Under the pieces are notes generated by a model, which had not been told where the DNA came from, searched no databases, and saw nothing but the letters and a program-made list of their open reading frames with translations. A stretch of DNA of 64,000 bases, taken from the IMG/VR virus record IMGVR_UViG_3300027974_001530; one strand, given 5' to 3'. This DNA is from a virus. Lineage: Duplodnaviria; Caudoviricetes. Of this stretch, positions 56,365-64,000 are shown piece by piece. Both the position numbers and the translations under genes were made by a program. The first letter of the stretch is position 1, and every line of letters begins with the position of its first letter.

Positions 56365-56967
56365 TTACGAATGTTTTTCGTTATAACTTTTTGCCTTTTT
56401 AAAATACTCCTTTGCGGACATTTTAACTATTTTTGGGTATTCGTTTAAATACCAAGATATTACCTGATCTAAAGTTTTAAACTCAATGTCACTCATATCG
56501 TATGTGAATTCAAGATGAAATTCATCTTCTTCAATATAATTATTATCAGGTTCTTTCCAATCACCTCTCGTATAGTATTCAAAACGAAAACTAATTATCA
56601 TTGACCGCCTACTTGAACATAAAAATGGTTGAGCGTATCCATAAGTAGTTTCTACAACCTCAGACCCATTAATAATTGATGTATTCCAATGAAATCCATT
56701 ACCATCATACTCTTCATTTGTTATTTCTATTTCATCAACTTTTAATATTTCTGGTATATCTTTAGTTTGAAAAATGTAATAAAACATTATCTCAGTTAGT
56801 TCTTGACAACTAAAGTTATTTCCATTTTTTGGTTTTAAAAAAATCTTAGCTGCAGATAAAGGTAATTTAAATCCCCTTAATGTTTCATAATAACCAACAT
56901 TATCTGACATTTTAATTAGTTGTTTTGATATATCATTTGCTTGTGATTCATTAAGAATATATTTCAT
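56365..56967 (-). CDS. tagged protein isolated in the early-gene region; paralog of 7294..7854
   Basis: MKYILNESQ; TATTTAT 56972-56978; terminator upstream. Confidence 0.85.
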   Translation of the reverse strand: MKYILNESQANDISKQLIKMSDNVGYYETLRGFKLPLSAAKIFLKPKNGNNFSCQELTEIMFYYIFQTKDIPEILKVDEIEITNEEYDGNGFHWNTSIINGSEVVETTYGYAQPFLCSSRRSMIISFRFEYYTRGDWKEPDNNYIEEDEFHLEFTYDMSDIEFKTLDQVISWYLNEYPKIVKMSAKEYFKKAKSYNEKHS

Positions 56968-56971
56968 AACA

Positions 56972-56978
56972 ATAAATA
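56972..56978 (-). promoter_or_regulatory. TATTTAT motif
   Basis: 4 nt upstream of the isolated tagged gene. Confidence 0.5.
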
Positions 56979-56989
56979 TGGTATTAAAT

Positions 56990-57016
56990 TAAAAACCCCA
57001 CTTAGATGGAGTTTTA
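56990..57016 (-). terminator. intrinsic terminator
   Basis: AAAAACCCCAC-TTAG-ATGGAGTTTT. Confidence 0.6.
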
Positions 57017-57565
57017 TATAACTTCATGGGCTTTTAAAGACCAAGGATCAAAAAAATTATTAACATCACAAACCATAATCTCATTAGTCTTGGCGTTGTA
57101 ATATAAATCACCATTATTTATTGGTTCCAATAATTTTGTCAAATATGTTTTTCCTTGGTATTCAATATATAGTTTTTCGTCTCTATGATTTTCACATAAA
57201 GTATAAACCCAACCTTTAATTCTATTTTGTTCTCCCGGTTCTCCACAAACTTCACAAACAGAAAATGTTTCTTTTTCCGCTTCCACCACAAAGTAAAACC
57301 CATTTTCTGGTAGGTTATCCAAAAATATGCTCATACCGCCAAATTTTTGTTTAACGTTAATAAAACTTTTGTCCCATCCCATTTTTATTAGTACATCAAA
57401 AAGTCTTTGGAGGATCCCTAACCATCCATTTTCAACACCAAATCGTTTTCTTTCTGTTATTGGTTCCAAGTGTGGTTTATGTGAAATTTTTATACCACCA
57501 ATATTTTTCAAAAAGTTTTCAAATTCCTGATCTGTCCTGTGATTATCATTCATTCTTACCCCCAT
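57014..57565 (-). CDS. zinc-binding hypothetical protein
   Basis: GWLGIL...KQKFGG...CEVCG...TLCENH. Confidence 0.75.
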   Translation of the reverse strand: MGVRMNDNHRTDQEFENFLKNIGGIKISHKPHLEPITERKRFGVENGWLGILQRLFDVLIKMGWDKSFINVKQKFGGMSIFLDNLPENGFYFVVEAEKETFSVCEVCGEPGEQNRIKGWVYTLCENHRDEKLYIEYQGKTYLTKLLEPINNGDLYYNAKTNEIMVCDVNNFFDPWSLKAHEVI

Positions 57566-57974
57566 TTTTTCTTTCTATTTTAACCATGGTTAAAGCGTTT
57601 GTCAATATCCAATAATTGTCCCAAAAACCACCTCTATCATCAAGGAATATATTAGCGTATATCTTACCATTTACGCCATATGGTTTATCCCATTCAGGAT
57701 GCATTTTATTTACTCCGTGTACGGTGATCCCAAGTTCTTCAACTTGTTCTTTTGCTTTTTCTAATTGGTATTCACTTCTTGCGGTATTGATTAAAAATAT
57801 AATACCTTCCTTTTGGCATTCCAAAATTAAATCAACCATTTTTTTACAGTTGTCTTTAATTTCTTCATTATAAGGAATAATTGTATCATCAAGATCACAA
57901 CCAATTATAATTTTACCATTTTTTAACCATTCGGTAACTAACCTATTTGTGTAAAAGTTTACGTGATGTCTCAT
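57546..57974 (-). CDS. HAD-like phosphatase
   Basis: GCDLDDT, INTAR, KIYANIFLDDR. Confidence 0.75.
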   Translation of the reverse strand: MRHHVNFYTNRLVTEWLKNGKIIIGCDLDDTIIPYNEEIKDNCKKMVDLILECQKEGIIFLINTARSEYQLEKAKEQVEELGITVHGVNKMHPEWDKPYGVNGKIYANIFLDDRGGFWDNYWILTNALTMVKIERKNGGKNE

Positions 57975-58124
57975 TTAATCAATTTTAATAACGCCCATAA
58001 TTCTTAATTGTGCAAGTAATGCACAACCCCAACCTCCACTGGCAATCCAATTCTCTAATACAATACACATTCCAACGTTTAATACATAAAGTATTGCCAA
58101 AAATGTTTCAATTTTTCTATTCAT
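57975..58124 (-). CDS. 49-aa membrane peptide
   Basis: Manual translation MNRKIETFLAILYVLNVGMCIVLENWIASGGWGCALLAQLRIMGVIKID. Confidence 0.55.
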   Translation of the reverse strand: MNRKIETFLAILYVLNVGMCIVLENWIASGGWGCALLAQLRIMGVIKID

Positions 58125-58127
58125 AAT

Positions 58128-58661
58128 TTAAAGATAATGTTTATTTTCTTCGAACCAAAGTTCTTTTATTTTTTTGACCGATATTTTTTCTTTTGTCGTA
58201 TCACAAACCAATTCTTTAATACCAACAGATTCTAATTTTTTATCCCATTCAATACAGGACTCTATATTATCGTAATTAAAATTCCATTCATGTTTGAATA
58301 CTTTACTGTTATTCAATGCCTTTTCTATCGGTAATAAAACATTTAAAGCCTTTAAAGTTTTCTTAAAGTCTTCCACCGATTTCCATTTTTTATGTAAACC
58401 TTTTTTGTGTATATATAAAACAATATTACTCATTCCAATCAGGTGATCATCCGTTTCCTTTTCCATATTCTCAACATGGAATGGTAATTTTGATTTAACC
58501 TCTTTAACGTTATTATCAAATATAATAGGGTTTCTTAACATTGTAGCACAAGTCTCCAAAATTTGATGGTTATCATTAAAGTCCTCAGTTAATGAATCCA
58601 TAACTGACATCAATCTTCTAACACATTGATATCTATTTTCCCATTCTTCTTTAGTCCTCAT
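58128..58661 (-). CDS. hypothetical protein
   Basis: ORF track. Confidence 0.75.
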   Translation of the reverse strand: MRTKEEWENRYQCVRRLMSVMDSLTEDFNDNHQILETCATMLRNPIIFDNNVKEVKSKLPFHVENMEKETDDHLIGMSNIVLYIHKKGLHKKWKSVEDFKKTLKALNVLLPIEKALNNSKVFKHEWNFNYDNIESCIEWDKKLESVGIKELVCDTTKEKISVKKIKELWFEENKHYL

Positions 58662-58857
58662 TTGTATTTTCTATTAATGTTTCTTCCTTTATTAATTTAA
58701 CACTACCCATAGTTTTTGAGTAATATTCTTCAAGATCATAACCACTTTTACCACAGTCACATATTTGCATGTCCCAACGTCTATTTGAGAATGACTCGTG
58801 TTGTGTTTTACATTCACCACATTCCCAAGTTACTTTTTTATATGTATTATTTTTCAT
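58651..58857 (-). CDS. zinc-binding small protein
   Basis: CGEC...CDCG. Confidence 0.75.
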   Translation of the reverse strand: MKNNTYKKVTWECGECKTQHESFSNRRWDMQICDCGKSGYDLEEYYSKTMGSVKLIKEETLIENTNED

Positions 58858-58865
58858 TCTTTATT

Positions 58866-59912
58866 TCAATTATAATCATCATTGTCCTCATTAATATGGT
58901 CAACGATACATTTGGTTAGATATTCTTCCGTTGTTTCTTCTCTTCTAACAATAGTAGGTAAAGGAATAGTTTGTCCTATATGTCTTCTTAATCTTGGTAA
59001 AACTCGTAGTCGTGGTGCAAAGTCTTCCACCTGTGTCGGCATTGGTAATTCATCAACCAATTCTTCTGTTACAGTATCATAACCATTGTATTTTCTAAAA
59101 ATAATTTTTTCCTCTTCCGAAAATAACTTATAGTTAGGTAATGTTGTTGGTAAACTAGTGTCCGCCTCCATTAAAATGATCTTAATAATATTAATTGGTA
59201 GACCTGTTTGGATTGTGTCTATTTGTTTATCTTCTTGATTATACGTTTTAAATACAAGATTTTCATGTGAATCCATGTCGTAAAATTCTTTAACAGGACT
59301 ATGGAATGCAAATTTTCTATTTTCTTTTTTATCAATTAAATAAATTAAAACTCCTCTTGAATGACTGTAGAAATACGATGCGTCATTAACCATTGCAGTA
59401 CACCATTTTGTTTGATACCCGTAAGAACAAGATGCCATATAACTTAATGGTCTAAAAATTAAATAATTCTCGTCCTCAAAAATAATACTAATTTCTTTTT
59501 TTGACTTTTTGAACATGTCTTTATTCTTAGCCTCAAAAAGTTGCATTTCTAACATATCCCAAGAATCGTATTTACTAATGTCTTTTTCATCAACTAATCC
59601 TTTATCCATTAATTTACAAAATTCAACAAATCTTTCCATAGCATCATGACTAAAAAGACTATCACAAACATAATGTCTTATCATATTATTATCAAAATCA
59701 GAACTAGGAATAACTTCATCCAAATGATTATTTTGTAAATTACGTATGTAATTTTCTTTAGTTTCATTATTAAAAATCTCCCTTCTTTTATTTATCATTT
59801 TAACCAAAAATTGAGTATATTTTTTGGTCTTACTTGTATCGAACTTTCCTAACATTTCAACTAATGTCATGTTAAGATAATCATTTTCTTTTTTTAATTG
59901 TTTAATTCCCAT
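58866..59912 (-). CDS. untagged SCxYG..TKWC domain protein, paralog of 31020..32228
   Basis: ASCSYGYQTKWCTA. Confidence 0.8.
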   Translation of the reverse strand: MGIKQLKKENDYLNMTLVEMLGKFDTSKTKKYTQFLVKMINKRREIFNNETKENYIRNLQNNHLDEVIPSSDFDNNMIRHYVCDSLFSHDAMERFVEFCKLMDKGLVDEKDISKYDSWDMLEMQLFEAKNKDMFKKSKKEISIIFEDENYLIFRPLSYMASCSYGYQTKWCTAMVNDASYFYSHSRGVLIYLIDKKENRKFAFHSPVKEFYDMDSHENLVFKTYNQEDKQIDTIQTGLPINIIKIILMEADTSLPTTLPNYKLFSEEEKIIFRKYNGYDTVTEELVDELPMPTQVEDFAPRLRVLPRLRRHIGQTIPLPTIVRREETTEEYLTKCIVDHINEDNDDYN

Positions 59913-60111
59913 TTTCTTCTTTATTTTCTATTAGACATGAACTAAATATAAAAAATTCAAATATAACAAACAATACCCCACCCCAAAAATATTGGGAGAT
60001 CCACCAATCTATTGGGTTAAATGATTTATTAACTATTACCATGATGGAATACCAAAAAAGGTTTTTTGATAGGAACGGTATTAGATCTAAGTTAAATTTT
60101 TTATTCATCAT
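59902..60111 (-). CDS. small membrane protein
   Basis: Two hydrophobic segments. Confidence 0.65.
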   Translation of the reverse strand: MMNKKFNLDLIPFLSKNLFWYSIMVIVNKSFNPIDWWISQYFWGGVLFVIFEFFIFSSCLIENKEENGN

Positions 60112-60350
60112 CTTAAAACAAAATTATGTATAATGATTAATAACTCCTCTACTCTATCTGTTTTCAGTATAACGGCTCTATCTTCTTTAACCACAATGTC
60201 CATATATCCAAGATCTTCTTTTAATCTGTTTGCTTGGATTTTAATTTCTTTTTTTGCATCATCTTCATTTTTGAAGAATCCAAAGTACGAATCACATTTT
60301 CCTGTTTTATCGCACACACCATAAATGATGTCTCTTGACGGTTGTATCAT
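60108..60350 (-). CDS. hypothetical protein
   Basis: ORF track. Confidence 0.7.
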   Translation of the reverse strand: MIQPSRDIIYGVCDKTGKCDSYFGFFKNEDDAKKEIKIQANRLKEDLGYMDIVVKEDRAVILKTDRVEELLIIIHNFVLR

Positions 60351-60383
60351 AATTGTTTATTTATATATTTTTATAAAGTTAAT

Positions 60384-60413
60384 AAAAAAAGGTGACTCTT
60401 AGTGAGAGTCACC
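60384..60413 (-). terminator. intrinsic terminator after RNA ligase
   Basis: AAAAAAAGGTGACTCT-TAGTG-AGAGTCACC. Confidence 0.85.
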
Positions 60414-61526
60414 AACATTATTTTTTTCACCGTATATTAAGTAGTCGGGATTTATCACTTTGGATACTTTTCTACGATCACCAGTTACTGATTTAACCAC
60501 TATACCTTCGTGTGGTACTTTGGTACCTTCTATGTTATTATTGAACACAAACTTATCTTGTTCCTCCTTATTCCAATTACCTTGGTATAATAATTCTACT
60601 TGTGGTAATTGTAGGCAATCAAAGTGTATAGTTTCATTTATGTATGGTTGGTATTCACCATCAACTTCAACATCAAACCCAACAAACTTAACATCAGTTA
60701 AACCGTATTCATAGTTTTTTTGTATTCCCGCTCCGTATATCTCACCGTATATAACAACACCTTCAGTTAACATAGATGGTTCGTAAGTATCCTTTACGTG
60801 GTCCCATAACTTACCTCTTATGTCGTAAGTGTTAGCCACAGTTTTCCACACATCGGTATCATAGAAACCTTGAGAGTCAGATCCTTTTTCAACGTTATGG
60901 GATCCATAAACATACTCAAATGCCACCCACTCATTTCCAAAAAACATTTTAACTCGGTCCCACAAAGAAAGTGTTTTCTTTCTAACTATCCCGTAACGAG
61001 CATTGGTTCCGTGTAACTTACGAGTTATAACAACCTCATCTTCCTCACTGAACATATCAGGTACGTTCTTTTGATTAGGAAACTTGTAGTAAACTTTGAA
61101 GTTAGGATTTTGGTGGTATTTTACTTTACGTCCACCTACACTTAACTGTATAGTTTTTACAGGTGGTTCATACTTATGTATTCCCATTTTTTCCATTAAG
61201 TCCATCCCCACATAATATACATCTCCAAAACCTGGTATGTATTTGTTAGGTATTAAAAGACATTCAGAATAAACCCCACGAAGTTTTACAGTCCTAACTC
61301 TTTGACCTTTACGTAAATAATTAGTAACACCCAATTTATCTGATAATTCTTTTGGTATTACCGCATCAGTAGTTGCAACAACTACAAGATCATCAACCTT
61401 ATATTCACCTTTTTTAGTTATGGCATTCCAACCACCAACAGTTACTAATTCTATGTTGTCGGCACCTGGTATTTCAGATACTGAACCTATTACCCCTACG
61501 TATGATACACTATTTTGATTTTCCAT
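60399..61526 (-). CDS. ATP-dependent RNA ligase, DRB0094/Rnl2-like, with N-terminal OB-like domain
   Basis: Motif I KLHGTN, III YGEIYG, IIIa VGFDV, IV EGIVVK, V KVIN. Confidence 0.9.
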   Translation of the reverse strand: MENQNSVSYVGVIGSVSEIPGADNIELVTVGGWNAITKKGEYKVDDLVVVATTDAVIPKELSDKLGVTNYLRKGQRVRTVKLRGVYSECLLIPNKYIPGFGDVYYVGMDLMEKMGIHKYEPPVKTIQLSVGGRKVKYHQNPNFKVYYKFPNQKNVPDMFSEEDEVVITRKLHGTNARYGIVRKKTLSLWDRVKMFFGNEWVAFEYVYGSHNVEKGSDSQGFYDTDVWKTVANTYDIRGKLWDHVKDTYEPSMLTEGVVIYGEIYGAGIQKNYEYGLTDVKFVGFDVEVDGEYQPYINETIHFDCLQLPQVELLYQGNWNKEEQDKFVFNNNIEGTKVPHEGIVVKSVTGDRRKVSKVINPDYLIYGEKNNVGDSH

Positions 61527-61528
61527 AT

Positions 61529-61789
61529 TTATATATTTTCAAATTCTTTGTTCACTAACTTTATTTCCTCATTTATTCTCTCAAGTTCTTTAGACAACAT
61601 CTCCCTAATTGATCCTGTGTTATAAATATTAACTTCACCTTTACTTCGGAATTCTCCACCTTTTGAGTATGCAATTGTTGCCCCTAAAGAACAAGATTTA
61701 AGTGCATATTCTAATTTAGATTTTTGTGTTTCCAACCTATCAAGTGTTTCTTTTATTTTTTTTGCTTGTTCAAATTTTTCTAATTCCAT
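61529..61789 (-). CDS. hypothetical protein
   Basis: ORF track; TACCTTTG 4 nt upstream. Confidence 0.75.
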   Translation of the reverse strand: MELEKFEQAKKIKETLDRLETQKSKLEYALKSCSLGATIAYSKGGEFRSKGEVNIYNTGSIREMLSKELERINEEIKLVNKEFENI

Positions 61790-61793
61790 AATA

Positions 61794-61801
61794 CAAAGGT
61801 A
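61794..61801 (-). promoter_or_regulatory. sigma-A -7 element, leaderless type
   Basis: TACCTTTG-N4-ATG. Confidence 0.65.
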
Positions 61802-61813
61802 TAAATTATTTTT

Positions 61814-62338
61814 TTAATTATCACCATCTTCTTCAAGATAATTTATCTTCATAGATCTTGGTTCAGTAAAATCCCACTTCTTACTTTCAAACTCTGTAAC
61901 CCATTCACTAACATCTTCTCTTGTCCAATGTGGAGCAAAAGAAGGACGGTACTTAAATGGTAAATTTTTACTTTCATCCCATTCATCAAGTCGTTTTGTT
62001 ACATCTTCAATAAGGTTTTTAGTCTTAGTATGTTTAATCCACTCTCTGTAATCATCCTCGGATTTAATAAACATAACGTCACCATAATTTTCAAACTCCA
62101 TCTCAGGAAATTCCAAATTTGGGTTGTTAGTATAAACATCAACAATACCATTGTCTCCGTAATATGAATCACAAAGTTCTTTCAAACCATATAAACTACT
62201 TGGGTTTTCTTCCCATACACTACCGAACTGACGGACAGAACAGATATACAAATACCCATCTGTGTAGGAATGTATTCTTCCTTGTATCTCATTTCTTAAT
62301 GAAATAAGTTCGTCCATTGTTAATTTGTCTAAATTCAT
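61814..62338 (-). CDS. hypothetical protein
   Basis: ORF track. Confidence 0.8.
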   Translation of the reverse strand: MNLDKLTMDELISLRNEIQGRIHSYTDGYLYICSVRQFGSVWEENPSSLYGLKELCDSYYGDNGIVDVYTNNPNLEFPEMEFENYGDVMFIKSEDDYREWIKHTKTKNLIEDVTKRLDEWDESKNLPFKYRPSFAPHWTREDVSEWVTEFESKKWDFTEPRSMKINYLEEDGDN

Positions 62339-62583
62339 ATTGTTCGTGTACTGTTTGCGTTTTTAATCATTTTAATTTTTACAATAATTTCTTCTGGGGT
62401 TTCTTTAACTTTAAAATCACTTTTATCATTAACCACTAAACCTATCCAAGTATGTTTCATCTCGATTGGTTTACCCTCAAACCAATCATCACTTTGTTTT
62501 CCTTCATAGAAATATCCGATTTGATTCACATTAATGTAAATCGGTTTATCGTCTTTATATGATGTTAATTTAATTAGTTTCAT
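62335..62583 (-). CDS. hypothetical protein (FlbD-like N..YIN..I...VKETPEEI pattern)
   Basis: ORF track. Confidence 0.7.
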   Translation of the reverse strand: MKLIKLTSYKDDKPIYINVNQIGYFYEGKQSDDWFEGKPIEMKHTWIGLVVNDKSDFKVKETPEEIIVKIKMIKNANSTRTI

Positions 62584-62584
62584 A

Positions 62585-63007
62585 TTACAAAGATAAATGT
62601 TTTTTTGCGTTTTCTAAAAATTTCTCAATATTTTCTTTTCCTGCAGGATTTGCCGAATGAACCAAATATTTTGGTAATGGTACGTTCTTGTTTACACAAT
62701 ACTCAACAAGGAACTTTGCACAATCAAGTCCAGTTTTTTCCATAGAACCAAATTTCATATTCATTTCATCTTCAGACATACCTTCATAATCTTCAGGTTT
62801 AAAGTCGTAGTGAAAATCAGCCAGGTCGTGGTCAAATGAAACAAACTCCGGAACACCGTTATCTTCAAGGTACTGAACAAAATTATCGTAGTTTGTTACT
62901 ATATCCCAATCATTCTCCCAATAAAATTTATTGAATTCTGATGGTATTAATCTTATTGCGTCTTTTGGAATTCTGATATCATCCAAAAATAATTTATTAT
63001 TTTTCAT
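62585..63007 (-). CDS. cyclic-phosphate-processing receiver-like domain protein
   Basis: LFLDDIR, SFDHDL, TGLDCAKFL, VHSANP. Confidence 0.8.
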   Translation of the reverse strand: MKNNKLFLDDIRIPKDAIRLIPSEFNKFYWENDWDIVTNYDNFVQYLEDNGVPEFVSFDHDLADFHYDFKPEDYEGMSEDEMNMKFGSMEKTGLDCAKFLVEYCVNKNVPLPKYLVHSANPAGKENIEKFLENAKKHLSL

Positions 63008-63444
63008 CTTTTAATTTTTTTTAATTGTTGTTCAAACTCTTTTCTGAGAATATCCACTTCATCTGTTAGGTAATCTTTACTATCTAACCATTCAAATACT
63101 TCAATCTGTGCCTTTAACTTTTCAGTTTGTAACCACTTCGCCTTTTTAACATACTTTCGTATGAGTTTGAATATTTCTTCAATATCTGTAAATTCAGATA
63201 CGGGACTATCGTTTCTACCAGGAAGAAATATCAAGGTAAACCCATGATTTGCAAGAAATGTTTCAGTAACCCTCACACCACAAATCTCATCAATATAAAC
63301 CCAAGGAAAGTTTCCTGATAGTTTTACATCAATACCAATTTTTTTTAATCTCTCAACAAACCTTGTGATTTTATTGCCAGTTAGTTTTGTACTACTCTCT
63401 GTTTCCATTTTTATATATGTCCCAAATTTAGTTTTTACTTCCAT
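63004..63444 (-). CDS. hypothetical protein
   Basis: ORF track. Confidence 0.75.
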   Translation of the reverse strand: MEVKTKFGTYIKMETESSTKLTGNKITRFVERLKKIGIDVKLSGNFPWVYIDEICGVRVTETFLANHGFTLIFLPGRNDSPVSEFTDIEEIFKLIRKYVKKAKWLQTEKLKAQIEVFEWLDSKDYLTDEVDILRKEFEQQLKKIKR

Positions 63445-63601
63445 AACATTCTAATTTTTTATCTTTAACATTCCACAAATCTTTTTTTCCTTCTGTCATA
63501 TGACAATTGTGTTTCTTACCGGTTCTCTCAGCAAAATCAACAATAGTATCGTTGTGACGATTACGAATGAAGTGTGGGCATTCTTTACAGGGTTTTTTCA
63601 T
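63428..63601 (-). CDS. 57-aa Cys/His metal-binding protein
   Basis: Manual translation MKKPCKECPHF...KHNCHMT...KLECYGSKN. Confidence 0.65.
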   Translation of the reverse strand: MKKPCKECPHFIRNRHNDTIVDFAERTGKKHNCHMTEGKKDLWNVKDKKLECYGSKN

Positions 63602-63838
63602 TTAACAATAAATTTTATAAATTAAAAACCCCTCAATATCTCTAAGAATTTGATTAATACCGTTTTTGGGTGAATCCAAATATAAAAAACCACCACCATT
63701 TTTAATGGTAACAATTTTTCCGTTTGATAGGTATATCCTTTTTTTTGTTTTTTTGGTAACAACAATATCATTATAACCTTCACCAACGTTCAAGGATAAT
63801 AAAAACTTCTCGGAATCTCTAAAATCTGTCATATTCAT
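63602..63838 (-). CDS. hypothetical protein
   Basis: ORF track; TATCTTTG 4 nt upstream. Confidence 0.75.
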   Translation of the reverse strand: MNMTDFRDSEKFLLSLNVGEGYNDIVVTKKTKKRIYLSNGKIVTIKNGGGFLYLDSPKNGINQILRDIEGFLIYKIYC

Positions 63839-63842
63839 ACCA

Positions 63843-63850
63843 CAAAGATA
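63843..63850 (-). promoter_or_regulatory. sigma-A -7 element, leaderless type
   Basis: TATCTTTG-N4-ATG. Confidence 0.65.
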
Positions 63851-63871
63851 TAAAAGTTTTTTTAATAAAAC

Positions 63872-63900
63872 AAAAAATCCCTCCGTAAAGAAGGGATTTA
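63872..63900 (-). terminator. intrinsic terminator
   Basis: AAAAATCCCT-CCGTAAAGA-AGGGATTT. Confidence 0.7.
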
Positions 63901-64000
63901 ATTTATTTTTATATCAAAAATATTAATATTTTTTTATTTAATTATTTGTTTTATTACTTGTGTTGAAAAATTTCCATTACTTACCTGAATATAATAGATT

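Noticed and set aside
1244-60714. Opposite-strand or alternate-frame ORFs in the track (e.g. 1244..1504, 3024..3305, 4341..4547, 22783..23139, 35165..35632, 37880..38170, 41053..41370, 46792..47019, 60460..60714)
   Set aside because: They lie fully inside better-supported genes, lack promoter motifs, and read as antisense shadows.
1-64000. Stop-codon reassignment, as in some large Bacteroidota phages
   Set aside because: Long genes (thyA, glnII, RNA ligase, 776-aa and 814-aa ORFs) are intact and genes tile densely under code 11.
1-64000. tRNA, rRNA, integrase, transposase, reverse transcriptase, intron or intein
   Set aside because: No cloverleaf, catalytic motif or splicing signature was recognised by eye. 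The thyA insertions are short in-frame loops without intein C/HN motifs. A tRNAscan run was not possible.

Overview
A 64-kb, very AT-rich, gene-dense segment of a large lytic-type tailed-phage (jumbo-phage-like) genome. Nearly all genes are on the minus strand and use the standard code. The host is probably Bacteroidota, from TAnnTTTG sigma-A promoters, Bacteroidota-style lipoprotein signals and a type II glutamine synthetase. No core structural genes (capsid, terminase, tail) were recognised here. The left ~42.6 kb is mostly small, acidic, paralogous proteins. About 35-40 of them (manual count) begin with one of a few short N-terminal tags containing [ILVM]-x-E (MKIIITExQ, MKxIxRLTExDL, MNLQExIxRI, xxLIxxILRE). 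Most first genes of these transcription units have a TATTTAT motif just upstream. The same tags recur inside multi-domain proteins, including an ART-like/GNAT/HD polyvalent protein. My main hypothesis is a large capsid-targeted, protease-matured injected-cargo system analogous to T4 internal proteins. The right ~21 kb holds untagged early or metabolic genes (thyA, glnII, uvrC, RNA ligase, HAD and metallo-phosphatases), often with apparently leaderless host-type promoters. A ~2.4-kb mostly non-coding region (17.7-20.1 kb) has G-tracts, TGTCA-N3-TGTCA boxes, 10-bp-phased repeats and a candidate structured RNA. All family calls come from motif recognition by eye, with no database searches.
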